A stretch of 64,000 nucleotides of DNA from an uncultured Verrucomicrobiae bacterium. GTDB lineage: Bacteria > Verrucomicrobiota > Verrucomicrobiia > Chthoniobacterales > JAFAMB01. Position numbers and translations under genes: made by a program. Positions 20,326 to 29,432 of this stretch are shown one piece after another. The stretch spans positions 416,001-480,000 of the forward strand of contig CAWEXO010000014.1 of the NCBI GenBank assembly GCA_963813025.1, in the 5' to 3' direction. Each line of letters starts with the position of its first letter. The first letter of the stretch is position 1. Below the pieces are notes generated by a model that worked only from the letters and a program-made list of their open reading frames with translations, did no database searches and had not been told where the DNA came from.

Positions 20326-20338
20326 GGACTTGCTATAC

Positions 20339-20455
20339 GAAAATTTATTCGAGCCCCAGGCGAGAACTTGTTTGAGCCATCTGGAGCGGGTGGCTCACCC
20401 AAGCGCCTGGCTCAAACAAGTTCTCGCTAAGGCTCGAATAAATTTTCGCCCTACC
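20339..20455. repeat. Remainder of the double-armed REP doublet interrupted by the IS110
   Basis: GAAAATTTATTCGAGCC..GCGAGAACTTGTTTGAGCC..GGCTCAAACAAGTTCTCGC..GGCTCGAATAAATTTTCGCCCTACC. Confidence 0.9.
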
Positions 20456-20706
20456 CGGCGCAGGACCAAAGACGCCTTGGGACATCCCTCGAACCTCTCT
20501 TCCGAACCATACCTCGATTGCGCGCGCTACAGATTACCCAAAGTCCGACACGCCCGCCCCGCCAAAGAATTCGAGTTGGGACGTCGTCATTTGTGGCATT
20601 TTTCGGTTTGTGGCATTTCTGCCTCGGCGCTCCTTGCGCTGGGGCGGAAATCTGTTTCGTTGCAAGCTGTTTCATGAACGAGACAGGATAGTTCGAAGGG
20701 GCACAG

Positions 20707-21156
20707 ATGAGCTTCGATGTCCCCATTTTGTTCCTGATGTTTAATCGTCCGAGCTTTTTCTCGTTTTGCGCTGAGATGTTGCAGCGATTTCGCGACGACG
20801 AAAGCATGGGATCGATCTCCGGCAACAACTTTTTGCCGGCCGCGTTGGGTGCCCCGGCTCCCTACCTGTTCTCCAAGTATGTGCAGATCTGGGGCTGGGC
20901 TACCTGGCGCCGCTTCTGGGCGAATTACAGCTTCGAGCTCACAGGAGATGAGGCGGTTTGGCAGAAAATTATTGAGCAGAAGAATCCTCAGCCGAATCAG
21001 GCGCGCTACTGGATGGAAATTTTCGGGGCGATGCGTTCCACGAGAAATCGGCCAGGTGCTCTTCTCGATCCAGCAAAAGCAGAAACGAATGCCCTTGAAT
21101 CGCCGGCATCGCGTTGCAACCCATCAAGATGCGTGACCAGGCCGCCATCCGTTTAA
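20707..21156 (+). pseudogene. GT-A fold glycosyltransferase with internal deletion and truncation
   Basis: VPILFLMFNRP joined directly to SFFSFC..ISGNNF..WGWATWRR; the intervening EDD-containing segment expected in this family is absent. Confidence 0.75.
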
Positions 21157-22103
21157 TTACGATTGTCATACCTTTATACAACGAGGAGGAAAGCTTTCCT
21201 CAATTGCAACTGCGTCTGGACAACCTTCTTACCAAGCTCGAGATGCGATATCGGGTGGAGATCCTCCTGATCGATGATGGGAGCAAAGATAAGACATGGT
21301 CCCTCATCGAACGCTATGCATCTCAGAATCCGCGGATCCGTGGTATTTCGCTGTCCAGAAATTTCGGTCACCAGAGCGCCTTATTTTGCGGTTACGAATT
21401 GGCTGCGGGTGACGCGATCATCTCGATGGATGGGGACCTGCAGGACCCGCCTGAACTGGTTTCGCAGCTGTTGGAGAAATGGGAGCAGGGGTTCGAAATA
21501 GTGTTCGCGGTTCGACGATCCCGGCATGGCGAAACACCCATGAAACGCTGGACGGCACATTGGTACTACCGGCTGCTCAATCGCTTGGCGGAGGTCGATA
21601 CGCCGCTCGACTGCGGTGATTTTCGCCTGGTCGGGCGAGAGGCGCTCAAATCTCTCCTGCGAATGGGCGATAAACAGAAATATCTCCGAGGCATGGTTGG
21701 TTGGATCGGCTTTTCTTCGACCCAGGTTGAGTACGATCGACCCGGCCGCACGGCCGGACGCACGAAATTCAACCTGGCGAGAATGCTGCAGTTCGCTTTC
21801 GAAGGAATCACCTCTTTCAGCAACCTGCCGCTGCGAGTCGCGTTTCTTCTCAGCATCCTGGCTCCGTTGCCGTTCCTCTTTTACCTCGCGTACAGCCTGT
21901 TTTTGCATCTGTTCACTCATGCACCGCTGGTGCCAGGATGGACGAGCCTCTTGCTCTGCATCGTTTTGTTTGGTTCTCTCAATCTTGTTGCAATTGGCAT
22001 TGTCGGGGAGTACCTAGCAAAAATTTTTGAGACGATCAAACAACGGCCTGATTACATTATCGCCAAGCAAACGGACCCTTCTTCCGATGTCCGAGTTCGA
22101 TAG
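21129..22103 (+). CDS. GT2 polyprenol-phosphate glycosyltransferase (GtrB-like)
   Basis: IDDGS, SRNFGHQ, MDGDLQDPP, GDFRL, two C-terminal TM helices. Confidence 0.93.
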   Translation: MRDQAAIRLITIVIPLYNEEESFPQLQLRLDNLLTKLEMRYRVEILLIDDGSKDKTWSLIERYASQNPRIRGISLSRNFGHQSALFCGYELAAGDAIISMDGDLQDPPELVSQLLEKWEQGFEIVFAVRRSRHGETPMKRWTAHWYYRLLNRLAEVDTPLDCGDFRLVGREALKSLLRMGDKQKYLRGMVGWIGFSSTQVEYDRPGRTAGRTKFNLARMLQFAFEGITSFSNLPLRVAFLLSILAPLPFLFYLAYSLFLHLFTHAPLVPGWTSLLLCIVLFGSLNLVAIGIVGEYLAKIFETIKQRPDYIIAKQTDPSSDVRVR

Positions 22104-22776
22104 CCTTGCGGAAAATTATCGGGCAGGCTTCGACGACCCGGTGAAAGGCTGGCTGGGCCGGAATCCGCAGGAATTCTTGCGGCCGAAAATTGAACGTTTG
22201 TTGAAGCTTGGGGATGCGGGCTCCGGGCGCGCCGTCCGATTGCTGGATTTCGGTTGCGGGGCCGGTGACTTCCTTGCCGCGTTGAGCCCGGAAGCACCGG
22301 ATTGGCAGTTGGAAGGCTGCGATATCTCAGACGGAATGCTGACGGAAGCCAATCGCCGCCACCCGGCTCCGACCTTCAAGCTTTGGAATTCTGCAGCGGT
22401 GTCCTGGCCGGCCGCGCAATACGATATCCTCACAGCTGTTTGCGTGCTTCACCATGTCCCTCCAAGCGAGTGGGGACCGACGCTGCGCAAACTCTTTGCG
22501 GCCCTTCGTCCCGGCGGTTTACTCCTGGTTTTCGAACACAACCCTTGGAACCCAATCACCAGCTGGATGATTCGCCGGACCGAGGTTGATCGTTACGCAG
22601 TGCTCCTCTCACCGGCCACCATGGAGCATTTGGTGATCGAAGCTGGATCGCAGGTGGTTGCCAAGGAATTCTTCCTCTTTTTCCCACCGCGATTTCGCTG
22701 GCTTTCCGCTGCGGAGACTTGCCTTCGAATTATCCCGTTGGGCGGACAGTACCTTGTAGCCGCGAGAAAACCGTAG
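22087..22776 (+). CDS. Class I SAM-dependent methyltransferase
   Basis: LLDFGCGAG, VLHHV, LRPGG, FEHNPWNP. Confidence 0.9.
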   Translation: MSEFDSLAENYRAGFDDPVKGWLGRNPQEFLRPKIERLLKLGDAGSGRAVRLLDFGCGAGDFLAALSPEAPDWQLEGCDISDGMLTEANRRHPAPTFKLWNSAAVSWPAAQYDILTAVCVLHHVPPSEWGPTLRKLFAALRPGGLLLVFEHNPWNPITSWMIRRTEVDRYAVLLSPATMEHLVIEAGSQVVAKEFFLFFPPRFRWLSAAETCLRIIPLGGQYLVAARKP

Positions 22777-22915
22777 AAGTTTTGGGAGTGCGCGCGAACA
22801 AGTGGTACAGGCTTCCAGGGCGTGTCGGACTTTGGGTGATCTGTGGCGCGCGCAATCGAGCTATGGTTCGAAGCGAGGTTAGAGACATGTCTCAACCCGT
22901 TTTTGTTCCTGCGCC

Positions 22916-23107
22916 GGTAGGGCGAAAATTTATTCGAGCGTTAGCGAGAACTTGTTTGAGCCTTCTGGAGCGGGTGGCTCACCCAAGCGTCCGGCTCGAA
23001 TAAAGAGATCGTCTCGCAGCACCCAAGGTCGGTAGGGTCAAGCTCCCGCTTGACCTCCTTGGTGTTGGATCAATCTGGATCCGGACGAGCTGGAGCTCAT
23101 CCCTACC
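22916..23107. repeat. REP cluster (main family plus GGTAGGGTCAAGCTC-type doublet)
   Basis: GGTAGGGCGAAAATTTATTCGAG at 22917; second-family doublet 23031-23107 related to 28948-29090. Confidence 0.85.
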
Positions 23108-23509
23108 GCCAATCGACTTGATGGAGCGCTACAGATCCCAAAATCCGACACGCCCTTCCAGCCTGTCCGATTTTAGGACCGGCAGGATGCCGGTATCACT
23201 TTCACGCGCTTGAGAAAGGCTCTAGCCGTCCAGGTAGTACGCCGATGTAGCGCGGACGGCCTCGTCCGTATTCCTGAGGGTGCACCGGTGCACCGCGGGT
23301 CTCGACGCCGTCATACTCAGAGCGGCCCTCCCTCCCTCGCTAGAGCTATGGCGGACACAGCCAGGACGCGAGCCGCGGGGTGACAGGATTACCGGCGCTA
23401 AAGCAGCAGCCTATGCTCTTTCTGCTCCTCCGGAGCGAAGTGGGCAACGCACTGGCGGAGCCAACAGGTTACGTCCCAGGCCGTCTGCGCTACTTCGTTG
23501 CTCAGCTAT

Positions 23510-25075
23510 CTAATTGCCGGGATCAGGCTGCGGACCCCAATCGGGTCCCGGATTGAGCGCAATACCCTGCGGGTTGACGTTTGTTCCGTTCAGGAACCAG
23601 GCGCCCACCGAATAATTCTGTGTGTTAACCCAAAAAATATCAGAAACGGAGCTGCCATCCAGGTTTAAGCCCCCAAAGGCCTGCCAGCCTGGCGGCGCGG
23701 CCATGTTGAGCATCGGCGTAGAGAAGCTCAAGCCGCCGGTAAATGTCCAGAGGCCGACTTGACCGGTCTCCGTGTTTTCCCAAAGCAAATCGTCACTCGC
23801 CTTTCCACTGAAATGCCCGATTCCGCGCAGTCGCCAGTTTAAGGGGGGCGAAGCAAGCGAAACCTCGTTGACGACCTGAAAGTTGGAAACAAACCATGCA
23901 CCCACCAAGCCGCTGGTCCTGTTTCTCCAGATAATTTCCGGTATTCCGTCCCCGTTAATGTCCGCCACTCCGACCAAAACCCAATCTGTTGGAATTGTGA
24001 CAGCTGACTTCTCAACGAAAGTTAAGTTGCCGAGGTTTTGGGAGATTACGGCTGTGCCGGAGCTCGGGTCGTATTGCACCACGTCCGGATTTCCGTCTCG
24101 ATCGAAATCCGCAAAAGCTAAAACAGGATAATTGACCGGAAGATTAAAATTTTGGATCGAAGTGACGGTCGGTCCGTTCATAAACCAAACTCCGAAACTG
24201 CCGCCGGAGCCCGTGTCATGAAACACAATATCCGTCTTACCGTCGTGATTTAGGTCCGCTAACCCCACGATCTGCCAATTGCTCGACGTTGACCCAATGA
24301 CCGCGATCTGGTTCACGGTGGTCCCGTTCATCAACCAAACCCCGATTTGGTTGGTCTGATAATTGCGCCACAACAGATCGCTTTTCCCGTCGCCATTAAA
24401 ATCCGCTGCCGGAAAGACTTGGCTGACGGCTGCAACTCGCGGTCCATAGAGATATTGTCCTCCGGCAATGTCGTCGGCTGTAAGATCGTCCGTGTTGCTG
24501 ATACGCGAGTTCATGATGGCGTTCACCGTCTGGCCTGCTTGGTCGGGATGATCGAGACCAATGAAGTGGCCGAGTTCATGGAGTGCCACCCGACGGATGT
24601 CGATCGGCGATTGCACCAAATCGCCCCGGTACGAATTCCAGGCATCGCTGCTACTAAAAATGATGTCGGCTTCGGCGAACGTTTGGGGATTGCCCGTATA
24701 ATAGTAAATTTCGGTAATCGCCAGCGTTTCGCCTCCCAGGCTATCTCCTCCGGCCGAGGAGCCAAAACCGATCTCATTGACACCATCGTTCAATTCGAAG
24801 CCATTCGGGTTGGAACCCTCAATCGTCCCGATCTGGAGTCGCTCCAGGTATTGATTCCAGTCGGCGACGGCCGCATCGAAAACCTGGTCAAAGCTGTTCG
24901 AACGGTCGTAGAGCGGGAATGCGGGCAATAGTCCCCCGAGCTTGGACTGCGAAGCGTTCAGGTTAGTATAAATCGTGGGGTTGGGAATTCCCCAAACGAT
25001 TCCCTCTAACACGTAGGCCGATGCCTGGGAACAGAGCGCGACCAGCGCGAGAAAGGCTGAATGATAAACTTTCAT
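23510..25075 (-). CDS. Secreted matrixin-like (M10) metallopeptidase with FG-GAP/VCBS repeats
   Basis: Signal peptide, HELGHFIGLDH plus Met-turn (AIMN), repeats such as DFNGDGKSDLLWRN. Confidence 0.92.
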   Translation of the reverse strand: MKVYHSAFLALVALCSQASAYVLEGIVWGIPNPTIYTNLNASQSKLGGLLPAFPLYDRSNSFDQVFDAAVADWNQYLERLQIGTIEGSNPNGFELNDGVNEIGFGSSAGGDSLGGETLAITEIYYYTGNPQTFAEADIIFSSSDAWNSYRGDLVQSPIDIRRVALHELGHFIGLDHPDQAGQTVNAIMNSRISNTDDLTADDIAGGQYLYGPRVAAVSQVFPAADFNGDGKSDLLWRNYQTNQIGVWLMNGTTVNQIAVIGSTSSNWQIVGLADLNHDGKTDIVFHDTGSGGSFGVWFMNGPTVTSIQNFNLPVNYPVLAFADFDRDGNPDVVQYDPSSGTAVISQNLGNLTFVEKSAVTIPTDWVLVGVADINGDGIPEIIWRNRTSGLVGAWFVSNFQVVNEVSLASPPLNWRLRGIGHFSGKASDDLLWENTETGQVGLWTFTGGLSFSTPMLNMAAPPGWQAFGGLNLDGSSVSDIFWVNTQNYSVGAWFLNGTNVNPQGIALNPGPDWGPQPDPGN

Positions 25076-25096
25076 GAGTTCCGATTCTTGGGGACC

Positions 25097-25705
25097 CTAT
25101 TGGTTCAGCGCTTGGCGAAGTCGACCGGCAAATTGATCCACTGTATCGGCTGACCGCAGATAGCTTCGCGTCGTTGTGTCCGCCGTTGCCGGGAGATGAG
25201 ACTTGAAATCCACCTGGGCGGAGACTGGTTGCCCCCAGTACCGATAAACCCGGTCAACCTGGCTTTCATTGTCGTGAATGACACGCAATGCGCCCTGTTG
25301 CATTCCTAAAACTGGGCTGACCATCGATTTTTCCGGTGAATAAGAGAAGAGAATGTAGCGCTCCCCTACCGCGAACTGGGGAACCCCGGGAACTTTCAAG
25401 CCCCGATCGCCGACTTCGCCGCCGAGGAATTCCAGGGATAAGGTCTGCGCCGCTGGACCTTTGATCGTCGCATTCACTGTGAAATTCACCCTGGTACGAA
25501 TCGATTTTACTCCGACCGGCGCGACCCAGTAGGAGTTCACACTCTGGACCGTAGCGTCGACAATCACATCGGCTTGCTGGGCAATTTGCGGTAGATCCAG
25601 GGTTCTGACCGTCGCGCCGTGCACGGACCAGCAGGTGGCCGTCCAGAGGGTTGTGCAGATGAGCAATGACCGTAGATCGAAGTAACACCGTTTGTTCTGG
25701 CTCAT
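25097..25705 (-). CDS. Secreted hypothetical protein upstream of the peptidase
   Basis: Signal peptide, LGGEVG..VPGVPQF..GERYILF; 21 nt before the peptidase start. Confidence 0.8.
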   Translation of the reverse strand: MSQNKRCYFDLRSLLICTTLWTATCWSVHGATVRTLDLPQIAQQADVIVDATVQSVNSYWVAPVGVKSIRTRVNFTVNATIKGPAAQTLSLEFLGGEVGDRGLKVPGVPQFAVGERYILFSYSPEKSMVSPVLGMQQGALRVIHDNESQVDRVYRYWGQPVSAQVDFKSHLPATADTTTRSYLRSADTVDQFAGRLRQALNQ

Positions 25706-26044
25706 AACGAAAAGCTTAGACGCCGGTTTTGGAAAAAAGTGACGATATTATTGAAAAGAATCCGAGAGCAAGCCTGCATCGTTCGCAAATTCCTCGTGAT
25801 TTGCCGGGCGATGCAGGCTTGCCGCTTTTTTTGTGAAGAATTTTGGAGTGCGGGCGACTTGTCGCCGCTTTAGGATCCGCGCGGAGCGCGGATGACAGAA
25901 GGACGGAACACGAAGCCGGAGTTCCGTGAAGAAGAAACCTGCCGGGTAGCCGCGCTCCGCGCCGGTCTAAAGGCGGCGAGCATCCACTCGCCAACAATTA
26001 CGGACGGGGCCGTCCGCGCTACGGCTCCAGCCGCTCAGATCCCC

Positions 26045-26122
26045 GGTAGGGCGAGAATTTATTCGAGCCGTCTTGGGATGTGGCAACCTCTCCGTGCGGC
26101 TCGAATAAATTCTCGCCCTACC
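26045..26122. repeat. 78-bp REP doublet (REPIN)
   Basis: GGTAGGGCGAGAATTTATTCGAGCC + 28 nt + exact reverse complement. Confidence 0.95.
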
Positions 26123-27176
26123 GGCGCTGCGCCCTCTGAACCCAGGACTCGTGGATTTCTTCAAAGGTCTTTCGAAGGCCCTTCGTGATCGTCCAGCCGG
26201 GGTAATGCGCTTTCATTTTGCGCAAATCAGAAATGTAGCAGATATGGTCGCCGATCCGGTTTTGCTCGACGTATTCGTAGCGCATCGGCAGACCGGAAAT
26301 TTCCTCGATCAGTCGGAAGGCTTCCAGGATTGAAATCGAATTTTCGCGGCCGCCTCCAAGGTTGTACACCTCGCCGACTTTCGGATTCATAAGAAACTGA
26401 TCGATAAAGCTGGCGACATCGGCCGAGTGAATGTTATCGCGGACCTGTTTCCCTTTGTAACCGAAGACTTTGTACACTGTGCCCTCGAGATTGCACTTGA
26501 CTAAGTAGCTCAAAAAACCGTGGAGCTGGACACCGGAATGGCTCGGTCCGGTCAGACAGCCTCCCCTTAAACAGCAACTCGGCAGGCCGAAATAGCGGCC
26601 ATACTCCTGAACCATCACGTCGGCAGCCAGTTTTGACGCCCCGAAAACAGAATGGAGCGTCTGGTCGACCGGGAATTTTTCGGAGATTCCAAAAAAATCC
26701 TCGGCATCGGCATAGTCCCAGCGAGTCTCGCGCTCAATCAATGGCAACTGATTCGGGCCATCGCCGTAGACCTTATTGGTTGATAGATGCACGAATGGCG
26801 CTTCGGGAGCGTGACGTCGCACCGCTTCCAAAAGGTTCAACGTGCCTCCGGCATTCACATCGAAATCGTCGAAAGGCCGGGTGGCAGCTAGATCGTGGCT
26901 TGGTTGAGCGGCTGTGTGCACGATTGCCTCGGGCCGTATTTCTGCCACCAACTCGCTCACACCTGACCGATCCCTGATATCCAGCGAAAAATGGCGAAAC
27001 GTCTTGAACTTCTTTTTCAGGTGTTCGGTATTCCAGGACGTATCACCGGCTGGTCCGAAGAAGTCCGCCCGCATGTTGTTATCAATGCCATGAACCTCCC
27101 AGCCTTCTTCGGCAAAGTAGGTTGCGACCGTGCCGCCGATCAAGCCGCCTGAACCGGTCACCAGAACCTTTCGCAT
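26118..27176 (-). CDS. NAD-dependent epimerase (CDP-paratose 2-epimerase-like)
   Basis: [34 protein letters not shown]. Confidence 0.9.
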   Translation of the reverse strand: MRKVLVTGSGGLIGGTVATYFAEEGWEVHGIDNNMRADFFGPAGDTSWNTEHLKKKFKTFRHFSLDIRDRSGVSELVAEIRPEAIVHTAAQPSHDLAATRPFDDFDVNAGGTLNLLEAVRRHAPEAPFVHLSTNKVYGDGPNQLPLIERETRWDYADAEDFFGISEKFPVDQTLHSVFGASKLAADVMVQEYGRYFGLPSCCLRGGCLTGPSHSGVQLHGFLSYLVKCNLEGTVYKVFGYKGKQVRDNIHSADVASFIDQFLMNPKVGEVYNLGGGRENSISILEAFRLIEEISGLPMRYEYVEQNRIGDHICYISDLRKMKAHYPGWTITKGLRKTFEEIHESWVQRAQRR

Positions 27177-27209
27177 TGGACCTGATACAGGCAGATGCGG
27201 CTGGAAGTC

Positions 27210-27285
27210 AAGGAGTTGCACTAGTTGCAGGAGTCAGGAGTCGAGAGTCAGGAGTTCAAGGAGTTCAAGGAGTTCAAGGAGTTCA
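27210..27285 (+). repeat. Short tandem repeats (AGGAGTTCA / GGAGTCA)
   Basis: Several consecutive copies; inverted equivalent at ~30434-30488. Confidence 0.8.
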
Positions 27286-27386
27286 CCCGCTCAACCGCTG
27301 GCCATGGCACCGGCATCCTGCCGGTCCTGAAAACCTGACAAGCTGGAAGCTCATCCACCGGCATTTGCGATTTGTGATATGCGATC

Positions 27387-27549
27387 TGCGCGAAGCGCGA
27401 CAGGAGGTCCGGACTCACCGGGATCACCGAATGATCATGGACGAGTCAATTGTAAGCTTCGGCGCTCTCGCGCTACATCCCTCCGCTGAAGCCGCTCCCG
27501 CCGCTCCCTCCGCTCAGTTGACTGATCCGTTCCCTGGCTGATCAGCTGC
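27387..27549. repeat. ~150-bp dispersed repeat, copy 2 (inverted)
   Basis: Reverse complement of 30255-30417. Confidence 0.9.
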
Positions 27550-27595
27550 TAACTTTCCCCTTGTGCCTGGCCCACACTTCCACCACCAATCTAGC

Positions 27596-28666
27596 ATGCG
27601 AGTTCTGGTAACCGGCGCCTGCGGGTTTGTCGGATCGAACCTGGTTTCTGCGATTCGGGAACATTCTGCGAGTAACCAGGTAATCGGGATCGACAATTTT
27701 ATTCGCCTCGGCACTCACCTCAATCGGAAACGCCTGGAGGCGCTTGGGTGCCGGATTCTATACGGCGATATCCGCTGCCGGAGTGATCTGGAAAACGTCC
27801 CAGCGGTCGACTGGGTGATTGACGCAGCGGCCAATCCCAGCGTGTTGGCCGGGGTCGACGGCCGCTCGACGTCGCGTCAGGTAATTGAGCACAATCTTTC
27901 TGGTACAACCAACATTCTAGAATACTGCCGCGAACATCGAGCTGGACTAATTTTGTTGAGCACGAGCCGAGTTTACTCCGTGCCGGCATTGGCGGGATTG
28001 TCTCTTCTAGAAAAGGAATTTCGCTTCGAGCTGGACTCTGACTTGGCCCAGCCTGTCGGGACGAGCACAGCGGGTCTGAGTGAGGAATTCAGTACCACAG
28101 CCCCAATCTCGCTGTATGGCGCAACGAAGCTGGCCTCGGAAACATTGGCACTCGAATTCGGCCATGCGTTCCAGTTCCCGGTTTGGATCGATCGCTGCGG
28201 AGTGCTCGCTGGGGCCGGACAATTCGGAACGGCCGAGCAAGGCATCTTTGCTTATTGGCTGCACGCCTGGAAAGCGAATCGCGCGCTCCGCTTTATCGGG
28301 TTTGGCGGATCCGGGAAACAGGTCCGAGACGCCTTTCATCCGACCGATCTTGCCCGCTTGGTTCTCTCTCAGCTGCAGGATACCGACTACTCCGCGGCCG
28401 AACGGATTTGGAACGTCGGAGGCGGTGCGGCGAACTCGATGTCGCTTGCCGAACTCTCTCAATGGGCTTCTCAACGGTTTGGATCGCGCGAAGTCGCTCG
28501 CGATTCGCGGATGAGGCCCTTCGATATCCCCTGGGTGGTGATGGATTTCGCGCGAGCGGCTCACCGGTGGAAATGGGAACCCGCGATTGTGCTTCCTGCC
28601 TTGCTCGAAGAAATTGCTGAGCACGCGGAACGGTTCCCTGACTGGCTGCAAGTCTGCGCAGCCTGA
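27596..28666 (+). CDS. NAD-dependent epimerase/dehydratase (CDP-paratose 2-epimerase-like)
   Basis: VTGACGFVG, STSRVY, YGATK, GKQVRD. Confidence 0.9.
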   Translation: MRVLVTGACGFVGSNLVSAIREHSASNQVIGIDNFIRLGTHLNRKRLEALGCRILYGDIRCRSDLENVPAVDWVIDAAANPSVLAGVDGRSTSRQVIEHNLSGTTNILEYCREHRAGLILLSTSRVYSVPALAGLSLLEKEFRFELDSDLAQPVGTSTAGLSEEFSTTAPISLYGATKLASETLALEFGHAFQFPVWIDRCGVLAGAGQFGTAEQGIFAYWLHAWKANRALRFIGFGGSGKQVRDAFHPTDLARLVLSQLQDTDYSAAERIWNVGGGAANSMSLAELSQWASQRFGSREVARDSRMRPFDIPWVVMDFARAAHRWKWEPAIVLPALLEEIAEHAERFPDWLQVCAA

Positions 28667-28947
28667 CGATCGGAACATGATAGCCAGCGGCTTTTGGAGT
28701 ACGCGCGACTTGTCGCCGCTTTCGGACCGCGCGGAGCGCGGACAGGCAAAACGGAGTGGCAGGGAGAACAGTCAAAGTCAGATCAACCGATTTTCACAGA
28801 AGAACACGGCGCGGCGTAGCCGACAACCAAAGCGGCTGTGCCGAGTCCAGTGACAGGCTGGAAGCCTGTGCCACTTTCCACCGTGACACCGGCATCTTTG
28901 GGCGTGTCGAACTTTGGAAATCTGTGGTACGCCACGACGTGATCGGC

Positions 28948-29090
28948 GGTAGGGATGAGCTCCTGCTCGTCCCGATTTAGACCTGATCAGCATTAAGGAG
29001 GTCAAGCAGGAGCTTGACCTGAGCTTGACCTGAGCTTGACCTGAGCTTGACCTGAGCTTGACCTGAGCTTGACCTGAGCTTGACCCTACC
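28948..29090. repeat. Second-family REP doublet with a 7x 11-mer expansion
   Basis: (GAGCTTGACCT)x7 at 29010-29086 in the right arm. Confidence 0.9.
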
Positions 29091-29432
29091 GACCTTGGGT
29101 GTCGTGAGACAGCCTCTTTAATTCGCGCCCTACCGGCGCCGGACCAAAGACCCATTGGGACAAGTCTCTAAGCTCCCTTTTGAACCATAGCTCGGCTGCG
29201 CGCGCCAGAGATTTCCAAAGTCCGACAGACCCATCTTGCCGGTGAACCTGCAAATTGTCCGGCTTCTCTGAAATCTTCGCAAAAAAACAACATTTTCACG
29301 GACAGTAGTACGAATATCGCTAAGAAGAGAAATCAACTTTGTGCAAGCGAAGCGAAACTTTGTGACCTGTGCGGCCTTCTGTGGTAAGTCCGACAGACCG
29401 GCAGGATGCCGGTGTCACTTGACTTTTGAAAA

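Larger units (their letters stand above)
18654..20338 (-). mobile_element. Complete IS110 family element inserted in a REP
   Basis: REP GGTAGGGC|GAAAATTTATTCGAGCC is split exactly around the element; no target duplication beyond one shared base. Confidence 0.92.

Noticed and set aside
29010..29086. CRISPR array
   Set aside because: Head-to-tail 11-mers with no spacers; no cas genes in the window
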